Of a stretch of DNA of 64,000 nt, positions 47,100 to 56,429 are shown piece by piece (the stretch's first letter is position 1; every line of letters begins with the position of its first letter). The notes below the pieces were generated by a model. That model made no database searches. It was not told the origin of the DNA and saw nothing but the letters and a program-made list of their open reading frames with translations. The translations under genes and the position numbers were made by a program. The stretch comes from Candidatus Hadarchaeota archaeon (GTDB lineage: Archaea; Hadarchaeota; Hadarchaeia; Hadarchaeales; JAGGTB01): assembly GCA_964384105.1 (NCBI GenBank), contig CAYLJV010000002.1:128001-192000 (forward strand). Direction: 5' to 3'.

Positions 47100-48233
47100 A
47101 TGGGAGAAAATAATAGCAAGGCAAAGTATCTTATCAAAGCAACGATCGAAACAGATGGAGTAGTTGAAAGGCCAGATGTAGTCGGCGCTGTTTTTGGCCA
47201 AACTGAAGGAATATTAGATGACGAGTTAGATCTACGAGAATTACAGAAAAACGGGAAGATAGGTAGAATAAACGTCAACGTTAAATCAGAAAAAGGAAAA
47301 TCAAGAGGCACAATATCCATTCCTTCCAGTCTAGACAAAAAGAGAACAGCAATGATAGCTGCAGCTTTAGAAACGATAGATAGAGTAGGTCCTTGTGAGG
47401 CGATGATCACAATAGATCAAGTACAGGATATAAGAGAAGCAAAAAGAAGTTTCATCAAAAAGAGAGCCGAAGAGATAGTAAAGAGCATAAAAGAAGTAAA
47501 AGAAATCAAAAGGCCTGCAGAAAGAAAAAAGAGAGCAAGACAGGGGAGAAAAGTAGAGAAGTATAAGGGACAGCCAGCAGGACCGACAGCGGCAGAATCA
47601 GACGCTATTATCATAGTCGAAGGTCGATCAGATGTAATAAACTTACTTAAACACGGGATAAAAAATACTTTCGCAATAGAGGGCACCAACGTCCCTCCTG
47701 TAGTTTCGGAAATAACCAAGAACAAAACAACAACCGCTTTCTTGGATGGGGACAGAGGCGGTGATCTAATACTTAAAGAGCTTCTTCAAGTCGCAGAGCT
47801 AGATTATATCGCTAGAGCCCCGAAAGGTAAGACGGTCGAAGACCTCTCAAGAGAAGAAGTCAGGAAAGCCTTGAAAGAAAAGGTCCCTGTAGAGGAAGTA
47901 AGCACTTCCATAAGAGAAAAAGAGGACAAGATTCCGAAAGAAAAAGATCTCAAGAAACTATCAGAAGCACTAAGTGAACTTCAAGGAAGCCTAAAAGCTC
48001 GGCTCTTCGATAAAGATTTGAAAAAGGTAGATGAAACGGAAGTAAGAGGTTTATCCGATAAGCTGAAGGAGTACGATGGATTAAAGGCAGTCGTTTTTGA
48101 CGGAGTTATAACTCAAAATCTCGCAGATTTAGCAGTTGAAAAGAAACTAGAATACCTTGTCGGAATGACAGAAAGAACCAAAAACAAGCCAAAAGGAATA
48201 GAGATACTAACTAAAGAAGATTTTAGCGAGTAA
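47100..48233 (+). CDS. dnaG: Archaeal DnaG (primase-like, exosome-associated)
   Basis: GVVERPDVVGAVFGQTEG, VEGRSDV, DGDRGG, FDGVITQ. Confidence 0.96.
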   Translation: MGENNSKAKYLIKATIETDGVVERPDVVGAVFGQTEGILDDELDLRELQKNGKIGRINVNVKSEKGKSRGTISIPSSLDKKRTAMIAAALETIDRVGPCEAMITIDQVQDIREAKRSFIKKRAEEIVKSIKEVKEIKRPAERKKRARQGRKVEKYKGQPAGPTAAESDAIIIVEGRSDVINLLKHGIKNTFAIEGTNVPPVVSEITKNKTTTAFLDGDRGGDLILKELLQVAELDYIARAPKGKTVEDLSREEVRKALKEKVPVEEVSTSIREKEDKIPKEKDLKKLSEALSELQGSLKARLFDKDLKKVDETEVRGLSDKLKEYDGLKAVVFDGVITQNLADLAVEKKLEYLVGMTERTKNKPKGIEILTKEDFSE

Positions 48234-48686
48234 TTAAAGCTCGTAAACCATCGAAACGGCAGATTCGCCATCAGAATAATAGCTCGGAATGATTTCCTTA
48301 GCCTCAAATCCTAGTTTACTATAGAAATTCTGAGCTTCCTCGTTGCTGACTCTAGCCTCAAGTTCTACTTGACCTGCGCCGTTTTCCCTAAGACGTTTAA
48401 AGGCATTCAACATTAAGGCGGAGCCTATTCCATTTCGTCTAAATGACTCATCCACCGCAATAGCTAGAATATGACCTATATTACCCCACCTGACCACTCC
48501 GATCAGGTATCCTACTACCTTTTTGTCTACTTCAGCCACCAAAAACCCATCGGGATTGGTCTCATAAATATGCCTCAATAACTTCAGTGGATACGGGTCC
48601 TTGAAAGATATCTGAGCAATTTTATAAACGGAAAATAAATCTTCGGGTTTTACTTCCCTAACATGTATAAACTTTTGAGCTACCAT
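48234..48686 (-). CDS. rimI: RimI/Ard1-like N-acetyltransferase
   Basis: HILAIAV..FRRNGIG, RVSNEEA..FY, YYSDGESA; start trimmed to MVAQK. Confidence 0.88.
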   Translation of the reverse strand: MVAQKFIHVREVKPEDLFSVYKIAQISFKDPYPLKLLRHIYETNPDGFLVAEVDKKVVGYLIGVVRWGNIGHILAIAVDESFRRNGIGSALMLNAFKRLRENGAGQVELEARVSNEEAQNFYSKLGFEAKEIIPSYYSDGESAVSMVYEL

Positions 48687-48831
48687 CGACCTCAACTCTA
48701 CATTTTGGATAAATAAAGAATAAAAATTACGGTCAAAAATATCATTCAAAACAACAAGACGATTTAAAAACGGTTTTTCTAAAAGTGAATACCTATAGAA
48801 CATACCCTATTAAGAAAAAACGGACAACAAA

Positions 48832-49884
48832 ATGAGAATAATTCATAAAGATCTGAAAGAAGGCAAAATCAAGCTCCTGACAGAGAATCTTAACGACCTT
48901 TGGCATCTGCAACACATAATAGAACCAGGAGACATAGTAACCTCCATAACTTGGCGTCGCCTCAAAACAGAAACAGATAAGGTTAGAGCAGACAGACAGG
49001 AAAAAGAAAGAATAAAGCTCTCTATCGAAGTAATAAAGACAGAATTTCAAAAGTTTTCCAATCAACTAAGAGTTTTAGGAGAAATAATTGAAGGCACGGA
49101 CCTTGGAGAGCATCATACAATCAAAATAGATAATAACACAAAATTTACCCTTAGAAAAAAATGGAAAACAGATCAACTAGAAAGACTTAAAGAAGCAAGA
49201 AAAGCGAGTAGAAGACCCGTAGTTCTTTTGATAGCACTAGACGATGAAAATGCTACATTTGGACTAGTAAGACAATACGGTCTGGAAGAAATCGGAGAGA
49301 TCGGTTCGAATATATCCGGAAAAATGTACAAATCCGACAAAGAATCTAGTGAAAGAGAATATTACCTAAAAATTTGCAAATTTATAAAAAACCTAGTTGA
49401 AGAAAAAGAAATTCCTTCTATTATAGTAGCCGGACCAGGATTCGCAAAAAAAGAGGTATACTCCACCATTAAAGAAAAGTACCCGGATCTAACCCAAAAA
49501 ATTCACTTGGGAAATACTAGTAATACCGGGAGTTCGGGTTTGAACGAGATAATCCGAAGAGGTATAGTAAAGAGAGTGTCAGAAGAAGATCGAACATCTC
49601 TAGAAACCGAATTGATAAGTGAGATGATGGAAGAAATATCAAAGAACGGAAAAGCAACTTACGGACTAGAAGAGGTAAAAAACGCGGTAAGTGCCGGTGC
49701 TGTAGAAAAGCTATTAGTATCGGATAAAACTCTTAGAAATGAAAGAGGTACTATAGAACCAATAATGGAGAAAGCGAGGAACACAGGGAGCGAAATTTTT
49801 GTAATAAGTTCCGAACACGAGTCGGGAAACCAGTTAGCAAGAATCGGTGGAGTGGGTGCTATATTACGATACAGAATATCCTAG
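48832..49884 (+). CDS. pelA: mRNA surveillance protein Pelota
   Basis: DLWHL, LRVLG.I, HHT, AGPGF, GGVGAILRY. Confidence 0.95.
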   Translation: MRIIHKDLKEGKIKLLTENLNDLWHLQHIIEPGDIVTSITWRRLKTETDKVRADRQEKERIKLSIEVIKTEFQKFSNQLRVLGEIIEGTDLGEHHTIKIDNNTKFTLRKKWKTDQLERLKEARKASRRPVVLLIALDDENATFGLVRQYGLEEIGEIGSNISGKMYKSDKESSEREYYLKICKFIKNLVEEKEIPSIIVAGPGFAKKEVYSTIKEKYPDLTQKIHLGNTSNTGSSGLNEIIRRGIVKRVSEEDRTSLETELISEMMEEISKNGKATYGLEEVKNAVSAGAVEKLLVSDKTLRNERGTIEPIMEKARNTGSEIFVISSEHESGNQLARIGGVGAILRYRIS

Positions 49885-49901
49885 GAATCTTTTAAGACTT
49901 C

Positions 49902-50729
49902 TCAAATAATGAAAGATACTCCAAATGACACAGCTAATCCAACTAAAGCTCCACCACCTAATATAGGGATTGCCGGCCAGAAACCGCCCTTTCTCTCCGA
50001 AACTAAGAGCAGAATAATCAAAGCGATAAAAGAAAATATGGAACTACCCACAGCAAAAAGAAGGCCGAAACTTCTGAAAACCGAGACAGAAAAAATCAAG
50101 GGTATGATCACATCTCCACCACCCACGAAACTTAAATCTCTATCCTGACCCTCTTTTTCGATCTCCTCCTTCATTTCCTCTACCGTATCTTTAGAGGAGC
50201 TATAAGCAAAGCCAAGGAGGATATTAGACTCAAAAGATCCCTTGGCCAAAGCAACCATGTGTTTAGAAACTTTAACTGAAAAGAAATCATAGACTGAAAG
50301 ACCTATTATCAGAACCAACGCAGGGAAAAACCCTAGGATAGTACCTATATACGCCCCAATACCCGAAAAAGCAAAAATCAAAATGATATTTTGCCAAAGA
50401 AGTGATGAGAAGCGATATCTCAAAAAAGATAAAAGAATAGCTATCGGAACTGAGATAACTAGGGGTAGAAAAGTTCCAAAGAAAAGAAGTAACCCGAAAA
50501 AGAAAGCAAAAGTCAACCAGATTTTTAGAAACAATTGCAATTCGTACTTTAGGAGTAGAAGAGCCGCTACTCCAACAATTGCAACGACGGAAACCAGCCA
50601 AAGTCCACCGATTCCAGATGAAACTTGAACTTCAGTTTCGGGGACTAAGCTCAAAGCTGCAAACAAACCAAGTATGTTAGTAACAGCAAACAGAGCCCCC
50701 AAACTTAGGATCCTTTTCATCTTTAACAA
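49902..50729 (-). CDS. Presenilin/SPP-type intramembrane aspartyl protease
   Basis: YDFFSV..SKHMV.LA, GGGD and PAIP motifs; about 9 TMs. Confidence 0.87.
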   Translation of the reverse strand: MLKMKRILSLGALFAVTNILGLFAALSLVPETEVQVSSGIGGLWLVSVVAIVGVAALLLLKYELQLFLKIWLTFAFFFGLLLFFGTFLPLVISVPIAILLSFLRYRFSSLLWQNIILIFAFSGIGAYIGTILGFFPALVLIIGLSVYDFFSVKVSKHMVALAKGSFESNILLGFAYSSSKDTVEEMKEEIEKEGQDRDLSFVGGGDVIIPLIFSVSVFRSFGLLFAVGSSIFSFIALIILLLVSERKGGFWPAIPILGGGALVGLAVSFGVSFII

Positions 50730-50863
50730 TTCCAGAATATAATCTTCACACAGTACTTCTTGTTAATTAATCTTTAACCTTTAGTTCTCTACAAGATTTC
50801 TGAATAAACTAGGAAAGCGTTTTTCTCTTAAAAATATTCTTCCCCCAAAAATCGAGCGAGCAA

Positions 50864-51241
50864 ATGAAGGAAAAAGGACAACTAATGGGAGTACCAATAA
50901 AACTGGTAATCGCCCTCGTCATTGGAGTAATGTCCATGGGGATAATGACACAATTTGTTAACACAGCTGATAGAACAATGCTTCGGGATATGAAAGTCAC
51001 TTTCGAAACAAGAGGTACACAACTCACAGTGAAAACCTTCGATGCTCAAACCCAGGAAGCTTTAACGGGAGCTACAATAGCAGTGAACTACTCTGGCAAA
51101 AAATTAGCTCATACTTTAGATCCTGACTCAAATAGCTACACCTTTTCACTACCTGAAAAAGAGAAGGTGATAATTGCAGACGTGAGAGTAACCCACAACG
51201 GATATATTCCATGGAAAGGCGAAGCCGCTCTACAAAATTAG
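50864..51241 (+). CDS. Pilin-like protein, class III signal peptide
   Basis: MKEKG|QLMGVPIKLVIALVIGVMSMGIM followed by a beta-rich domain. Confidence 0.75.
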   Translation: MKEKGQLMGVPIKLVIALVIGVMSMGIMTQFVNTADRTMLRDMKVTFETRGTQLTVKTFDAQTQEALTGATIAVNYSGKKLAHTLDPDSNSYTFSLPEKEKVIIADVRVTHNGYIPWKGEAALQN

Positions 51242-51255
51242 GAAAGGTGTTCCTT

Positions 51256-51681
51256 ATTAGAAAAAAGGGTATAGTTGATACTCCAATAGTACTCATCTTA
51301 TGTGTTTCTCTCGGGTTACTTGCCATCGGCCTCGGAGAAAAAACTCTGATCAGACTCGGCGAAATCAAAGATACGCAAACTTCAATAAAAGAATTTGATG
51401 ATTTCATCGAGTTCGCAACGGAAACATGCTATAGTGAACTGGAGATAGAAAGAAAAATAGCACTAAATCTTAATGGTTACAAAATATCGATAGACGGGAA
51501 AATAGCTCAGCTTAGAAAAGAAAAAGAAACCATAAGGTCAGAAAAATTACCTATTCCTTTAGTGTTTGCAGAAAACGAAAAATCAACAATTGAAAAAGGA
51601 AATTTTCTTCTTAAGTTGACAAAGTCAAGTAAAGGAAATCATTCGGACAGCAAGTTAATTCTGAAGTTATCGAGGGGATAA
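51256..51681 (+). CDS. Pilin-like protein, class III signal peptide (ATT start inferred; ORF track start 51211)
   Basis: (M)RKKG|IVDTPIVLILCVSLGLLAIG; AGGTG 6 nt before ATT. Confidence 0.68.
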   Translation: MRKKGIVDTPIVLILCVSLGLLAIGLGEKTLIRLGEIKDTQTSIKEFDDFIEFATETCYSELEIERKIALNLNGYKISIDGKIAQLRKEKETIRSEKLPIPLVFAENEKSTIEKGNFLLKLTKSSKGNHSDSKLILKLSRG

Positions 51682-51682
51682 A

Positions 51683-52108
51683 ATTAGACAGAGTGGCTCC
51701 ATCAACAGCTTATTGAGCAGCAAGTTAGCACTAGCATTCGGAGTTTTTCTTTTAATATCTGCGACTCTTTCAATGTATCCCCGTACACAAAAAGAGGTAA
51801 AGAGAAACAAATTGAAATCTATTGCCCAAACAGTGATAAATAACCTAGAAAAAGCAGACCACCTGCCTGGAGAGGTAAAGATAAAAAAGAGAATTCCCGA
51901 CTTAGACGAGACTTTCGAAATTTTTATCTTAAGTTCCAGAAAAGACAATAAAACAATCGTTAAAGTCGAGGTCTCTTCGGAAGAAAAAATAAGTAGAAAT
52001 GTTATTCTCAATAAGAAATTGAGCAAATCGAGCTCCTATCTATCCGAAATTAATCCAACAAGTGTCTTCATTGAAAAATCTGAGCGAATCAATATAGAGG
52101 TTACATAA
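51683..52108 (+). CDS. Pilin-like protein (ATT start inferred; ORF track start 51713)
   Basis: (M)RQSG|SINSLLSSKLALAFGVFLLISA; GAGGGG upstream; 1 nt after previous stop. Confidence 0.62.
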   Translation: MRQSGSINSLLSSKLALAFGVFLLISATLSMYPRTQKEVKRNKLKSIAQTVINNLEKADHLPGEVKIKKRIPDLDETFEIFILSSRKDNKTIVKVEVSSEEKISRNVILNKKLSKSSSYLSEINPTSVFIEKSERINIEVT

Positions 52109-52525
52109 GTGTCTCATATTACCTTTAGTGAAGACCTAATTGGAATCCTCATAGTGGCAGGGATAATCATTTCTTTTGTTGTGGTCTTAGGAAATTCTTA
52201 TTCAAACTATCAGGAACAAAAATCTCGAGAAGAAAAAAACCAACTACTTCTAAGATTTTTTGATTTTCTCCGATCCAAAATGGAAAATAATTCTACCGGT
52301 GGGATAAGTTTTGGAAAAATAAAAAAGGAGACAATTAGCGAAAATATCTATGATATACTTCCTGAAAAAATCGATCTTAAAAATATTCGGATAGATTCGG
52401 AAAATAGAACTTTATTCAAGCTGAAAAAAGAAAATGAAAAATTCGATCAATCAGTAATTCTCCCGATTATATACGAGAACAAGAGCGGCAAAACCCCCGC
52501 AAAATTGAAACTATACGTAGGCTGA
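52109..52525 (+). CDS. Pilin-like/membrane-anchored protein
   Basis: N-terminal hydrophobic helix EDLIGILIVAGIIISFVVVLG; abuts previous gene. Confidence 0.65.
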   Translation: MSHITFSEDLIGILIVAGIIISFVVVLGNSYSNYQEQKSREEKNQLLLRFFDFLRSKMENNSTGGISFGKIKKETISENIYDILPEKIDLKNIRIDSENRTLFKLKKENEKFDQSVILPIIYENKSGKTPAKLKLYVG

Positions 52526-52531
52526 TTATAC

Positions 52532-53248
52532 TTGAAAAACCGCGGAATTGGAACTACCATCGATTTCATTATTCTTAGCTTGATTATATGCTTATCTTGT
52601 CTTATTCTAGTAGGAAGTTACTCTCTTCAAAAAAAGAAGACAACAAGATATCCTGAAATAGTATCTCAAAATACCCTTTTAGCTCTCCATCACGTAAAAG
52701 TAGAAGACATACACAAATTTTCTTATTCTCCAGACCTTCCGGTAAAAATTAACAAAAAATGTGTAATCCGGAAGAAAACCTTAACCCAACTCATCCTAGA
52801 TGATATAATTCTAAATGCTAAATTAAAAGTAGAAAATGAAACATTTGAATCAGAATTAAACCAGGAGTATGACTCGAGAGTGGAAGATCTACTCAGTGAT
52901 TTCTTAAAAGAATTTACTGGTGAAAGATTTGGATTCAAACTAAATATAAAACTGAAACAAGCAAACATAACAGATGAAATAAAAATTGAATTTGATAAGA
53001 CCATACAAAATCTGAGTCGAGAATCAGAAAAACTCTGCGGCGAAACCATATCAATAAAACCAACATTCACCAGATACTTTTTGGAGAAAATATCAAAAAC
53101 TGCACTCGATAAAGATAACCTTGCTAGAGAATTTTCATTCAGTAACTTCTCAAAATCCACTAATGAGAAATTAACATCTTCTAATCTAAATTCGAATAGA
53201 ACTCAATTAGGTACTCTGATTATTACTTTGGAGCTCTGGTCTAATTGA
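52532..53248 (+). CDS. Pilin-like protein, class III signal peptide
   Basis: MKNRG|IGTTIDFIILSLIICLSCLILVG. Confidence 0.7.
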   Translation: MKNRGIGTTIDFIILSLIICLSCLILVGSYSLQKKKTTRYPEIVSQNTLLALHHVKVEDIHKFSYSPDLPVKINKKCVIRKKTLTQLILDDIILNAKLKVENETFESELNQEYDSRVEDLLSDFLKEFTGERFGFKLNIKLKQANITDEIKIEFDKTIQNLSRESEKLCGETISIKPTFTRYFLEKISKTALDKDNLAREFSFSNFSKSTNEKLTSSNLNSNRTQLGTLIITLELWSN

Positions 53249-55470
53249 AAGAGAACGGCTTCATTCCACTTACAACAATTGGTTTAATCATATTGATAAT
53301 ATCGGGGACTTTCATAGGATATCTACGCTGGAACGATCATAGACAAGAAATGGATTATATTCACAACTCTAATGAATCCTCTTTAATGTGCAAAATCTCA
53401 AACAAGAAACAAAATTTGAAGCAAAACTTCAACCAAATTCTCTACGATGCTCTTTGGAAAGTAGGAAAACAGGCCTACGCCTATGAAAACGGCGGCATAG
53501 AAAACTCTGTCGAAAAAATCGCAAACCTCAAGTTAAAAAAAAGATTATCAACTCTAATCCTCAACGAGAGCAAAGGAAAAATAGGACCCAAAATATCGCT
53601 AAAGAGTAACCAAGGAAAGTTAAAGATAGAGGAAAGTGAACATGGTTATTCCTCAGGTGAGGTTTTATTGCCTTTGGGTTCTTCAATTTCAGGAAAACTC
53701 ATAGATAATTCTTTCTCAGTTTCTTTGCCTATTGAAAAGATAAAATTTTCAAACGACACAAGATTCTACCTTCTCAAAGACAAAATGGGCCAATTCAAAG
53801 ACGAATTTGGAGAAGTCGGAAAAATGTGGAAATACGCCGAATATGCAATAGCCTATTCGGAGATATGGTTAAATAACAAACTTTCTCTTAATAAAGAGAA
53901 GTCAAAAACTCTTTTTCAACTAGCTCTCGCCTCCAAAGAATTAGAGAAATTTGGATCGTTTGATTACTACGCCTCTATTAGAGATTTAGTTAGTGTTCCG
54001 ATAGCAAAGATAATTAGAGATATTGAACCTCAGACTGTGATCAAACCAATAAGGAAAAAGGAAATCCAGGACATAAAAAATGAAATTGAGAAATCTATAT
54101 CAAAAACAAGGAAAACCGAAGAAGCAATAAGAAAATCTGCTTCAGAATTTGAAAAAATATCAATATCCAAACTAGAGGAAAAAATCGAAAGAAGTAGAAA
54201 GAGAATGCTAAACCTTAGAAAAGACTTTGATAAAATAAGTGCAGAAAAAGCAAAAGTAGAATTCGAAGATATCTATAGGGATCTGAAGAACAATTTCGAT
54301 TATCCAAATAACAGAATAAAAAACGCAGATGTGAAAATCGGAGAAGCCAAAAGTGCACTCAAAAGAACAGAAGTATTTTTTCATTCGGCTCTAGAAAAAG
54401 CTAAAGAACTATCCAAAGATAATCCGCTCCTCAAACAACTCTATAGGGATCTCACAAAGGAGAAAAACATCCCTTCTGTACTAACTCAAATAGAATATGG
54501 AATAAAAAACACCTTAGAAAATATAAATGAAATCAGGGGTAAAATCAGGAAATTAGAAAGAAATTTCCAAGGAAATGAACAATTTTTAAACAATTCTTTC
54601 GAAGAGCTTGAATCACTTTTTGATAAGGCTCTTAATGAAAATAACAACTTATCCGCAGAGAAATTACTACTCATATTCTCAATCAAAATAAGGGAGTTAT
54701 CTGAGAAGTTTATAAAAGATAAGAAAGATTCCTTTAAATCAGCAGAGAGAACTACGAATGAACTAAAGAACTTCGTAAAAAAACAAACAAAAGAACCTGA
54801 CCCGAACTGGAAAAAGGAATACAGAGACTATTCTGAAATTAAAGATGGTAACTACGAAACAAAAATAGCAAAAAAATACGTGATACATGAAGGAAAAGGT
54901 ACTCTCGGTGGAGTAAAAGAGATACTCGTTAATCTGAAATCCCATTTAGAGAAACTAGAAAATCTTGAGAAGAAATTTAAAGAAAAAAGAAAGGATTTTG
55001 AAAAGTTAAATTTGGATAAAAGAATCAAAACGGTAATAAAGAAAAACCTAAATCACCATATCCCTCAAGAACTTACTCGCGAAGAATTATACAGAATATC
55101 TCCACCAAAACCGGTCAAAGCCGAACCAGGAATATCTGTATATCACGATATTAACATTAAAAGTATAGAATACAGTAGAGAAGACCCAGTAGGATTAATC
55201 AAGGAATCCTCACCACCTACTCCTATCTATCTCTGGTTCATTAACACTACTCTTTACTGGGCTCAGTTCAAATTGGAGCTCGAACTAGAAGGATCCCCAA
55301 TAGAAGAGATCTTTGACTACAAAAATCAAGTAATACCTAGACCACTTACTGAAAATTCAAGGAATTTCATCCACAAGCCCTTACCCTACAAGCAAAAAAT
55401 CGAGAAAAAGAAATTCGAATTTAGGCTTATAGCTCTTAGCCTCAGACCCTTCCATATATCTTGTAATTAA
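53245..55470 (+). CDS. Large pilin-like protein with central coiled coil
   Basis: MKENG|FIPLTTIGLIILIISG; long E/K/I/L helical middle region; beta-rich C-terminus. Confidence 0.72.
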   Translation: MKENGFIPLTTIGLIILIISGTFIGYLRWNDHRQEMDYIHNSNESSLMCKISNKKQNLKQNFNQILYDALWKVGKQAYAYENGGIENSVEKIANLKLKKRLSTLILNESKGKIGPKISLKSNQGKLKIEESEHGYSSGEVLLPLGSSISGKLIDNSFSVSLPIEKIKFSNDTRFYLLKDKMGQFKDEFGEVGKMWKYAEYAIAYSEIWLNNKLSLNKEKSKTLFQLALASKELEKFGSFDYYASIRDLVSVPIAKIIRDIEPQTVIKPIRKKEIQDIKNEIEKSISKTRKTEEAIRKSASEFEKISISKLEEKIERSRKRMLNLRKDFDKISAEKAKVEFEDIYRDLKNNFDYPNNRIKNADVKIGEAKSALKRTEVFFHSALEKAKELSKDNPLLKQLYRDLTKEKNIPSVLTQIEYGIKNTLENINEIRGKIRKLERNFQGNEQFLNNSFEELESLFDKALNENNNLSAEKLLLIFSIKIRELSEKFIKDKKDSFKSAERTTNELKNFVKKQTKEPDPNWKKEYRDYSEIKDGNYETKIAKKYVIHEGKGTLGGVKEILVNLKSHLEKLENLEKKFKEKRKDFEKLNLDKRIKTVIKKNLNHHIPQELTREELYRISPPKPVKAEPGISVYHDINIKSIEYSREDPVGLIKESSPPTPIYLWFINTTLYWAQFKLELELEGSPIEEIFDYKNQVIPRPLTENSRNFIHKPLPYKQKIEKKKFEFRLIALSLRPFHISCN

Positions 55471-55474
55471 AACC

Positions 55475-55915
55475 CTATTCCTTATCCTCTGACTTAATTC
55501 TCTGCAGTTCATTCCAAGCAGATTTGATATGCTCAGACAGAGCAACAAGGGAATTACCCGTGGGGAGATAAATCCTATTAGACTCCCAGTTTCCGGAGTC
55601 GTCTCTCCTACTCTCTTCTAGAGTTACACTAGGTGAGTCAAACTTCCCACCCTTAGGCCATATAGAAATTGCTATGTTCCGATCTTCCGAAATCCATATT
55701 TTTCTTTTCCACTCTGGTCCTTTTTTACTTTCAATCTCTTCTAATTCTTCTACAGAACTCTCTTCCGCCCCAATTTCCGGTGCTTCTTCTCCGACTTTTT
55801 CTCCATAGTCCTTACTTAAGACACTTTTAGCGACAGGACCAGGAAGGTCTATTACATCTCCTTCTTGGTACTCTTTCCCCTCATATCGGAAATTCTTGAC
55901 TACTTTAATCTTAAT
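55475..55915 (-). CDS. Unannotated 146-aa two-domain protein (ATT start), C-terminal PC4-like fold suspected
   Basis: Stop-free frame IKIKVVKNFRYEGKEYQEGDVIDLP...ISIWPKGGKFDSPSVTLEESRRDDSGNWESNRIYL...; GAGGTG 6 nt upstream; fills the intergenic gap. Confidence 0.75.
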   Translation of the reverse strand: MKIKVVKNFRYEGKEYQEGDVIDLPGPVAKSVLSKDYGEKVGEEAPEIGAEESSVEELEEIESKKGPEWKRKIWISEDRNIAISIWPKGGKFDSPSVTLEESRRDDSGNWESNRIYLPTGNSLVALSEHIKSAWNELQRIKSEDKE

Positions 55916-55969
55916 TCATACCACCTCTAGTAAACTTTTCACTTTTAATGAGTATAAGTTTTGATTCAG

Positions 55970-56326
55970 TCACGAACTTTTCTGGATATTTCTGATTTCC
56001 ATTAGAAGACTTCCCAATCTTTCCAAATCCTCCTTCGCAGATTCTACTTTACTATCCAAAATTCTAAATTTCGAATCAAGTTCAATCTTCAAATTCTTTA
56101 ATTTCAGTTCAAAAATTTCTTCAACTTCCCTTGACAGTCTAGACTTTCTAGATGCAAAATTCATACCTTCGAGCTCCTCCTCAATCCGATCAAAAAGAAT
56201 TTGCAAATCATCAGATTTTACACCTGCACCTGAAAGGGTATCATAAATCTCTTCATAGGAAAACCCCTCCCTCTTCATAGACTTTATAACATCCGTAACA
56301 GTCAATCCATTATCAGAATTTATCAT
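55970..56326 (-). CDS. Hypothetical protein, helical with C-terminal coiled coil
   Basis: 118-aa ORF with typical composition. Confidence 0.65.
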   Translation of the reverse strand: MINSDNGLTVTDVIKSMKREGFSYEEIYDTLSGAGVKSDDLQILFDRIEEELEGMNFASRKSRLSREVEEIFELKLKNLKIELDSKFRILDSKVESAKEDLERLGSLLMEIRNIQKSS

Positions 56327-56429
56327 AGTCCACTAAAAATAAGTTGAATCGAATTTATTAGCAAAAAAATTTTGTTACACCCATAACAAAAAATGTAAAA
56401 AATTACCACTTCCATTTATCATGACAGGA

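Noticed and set aside
47018-47410. 130-aa minus-strand ORF over the dnaG start
   Set aside because: Mostly antisense to conserved dnaG sequence, with no recognisable motif
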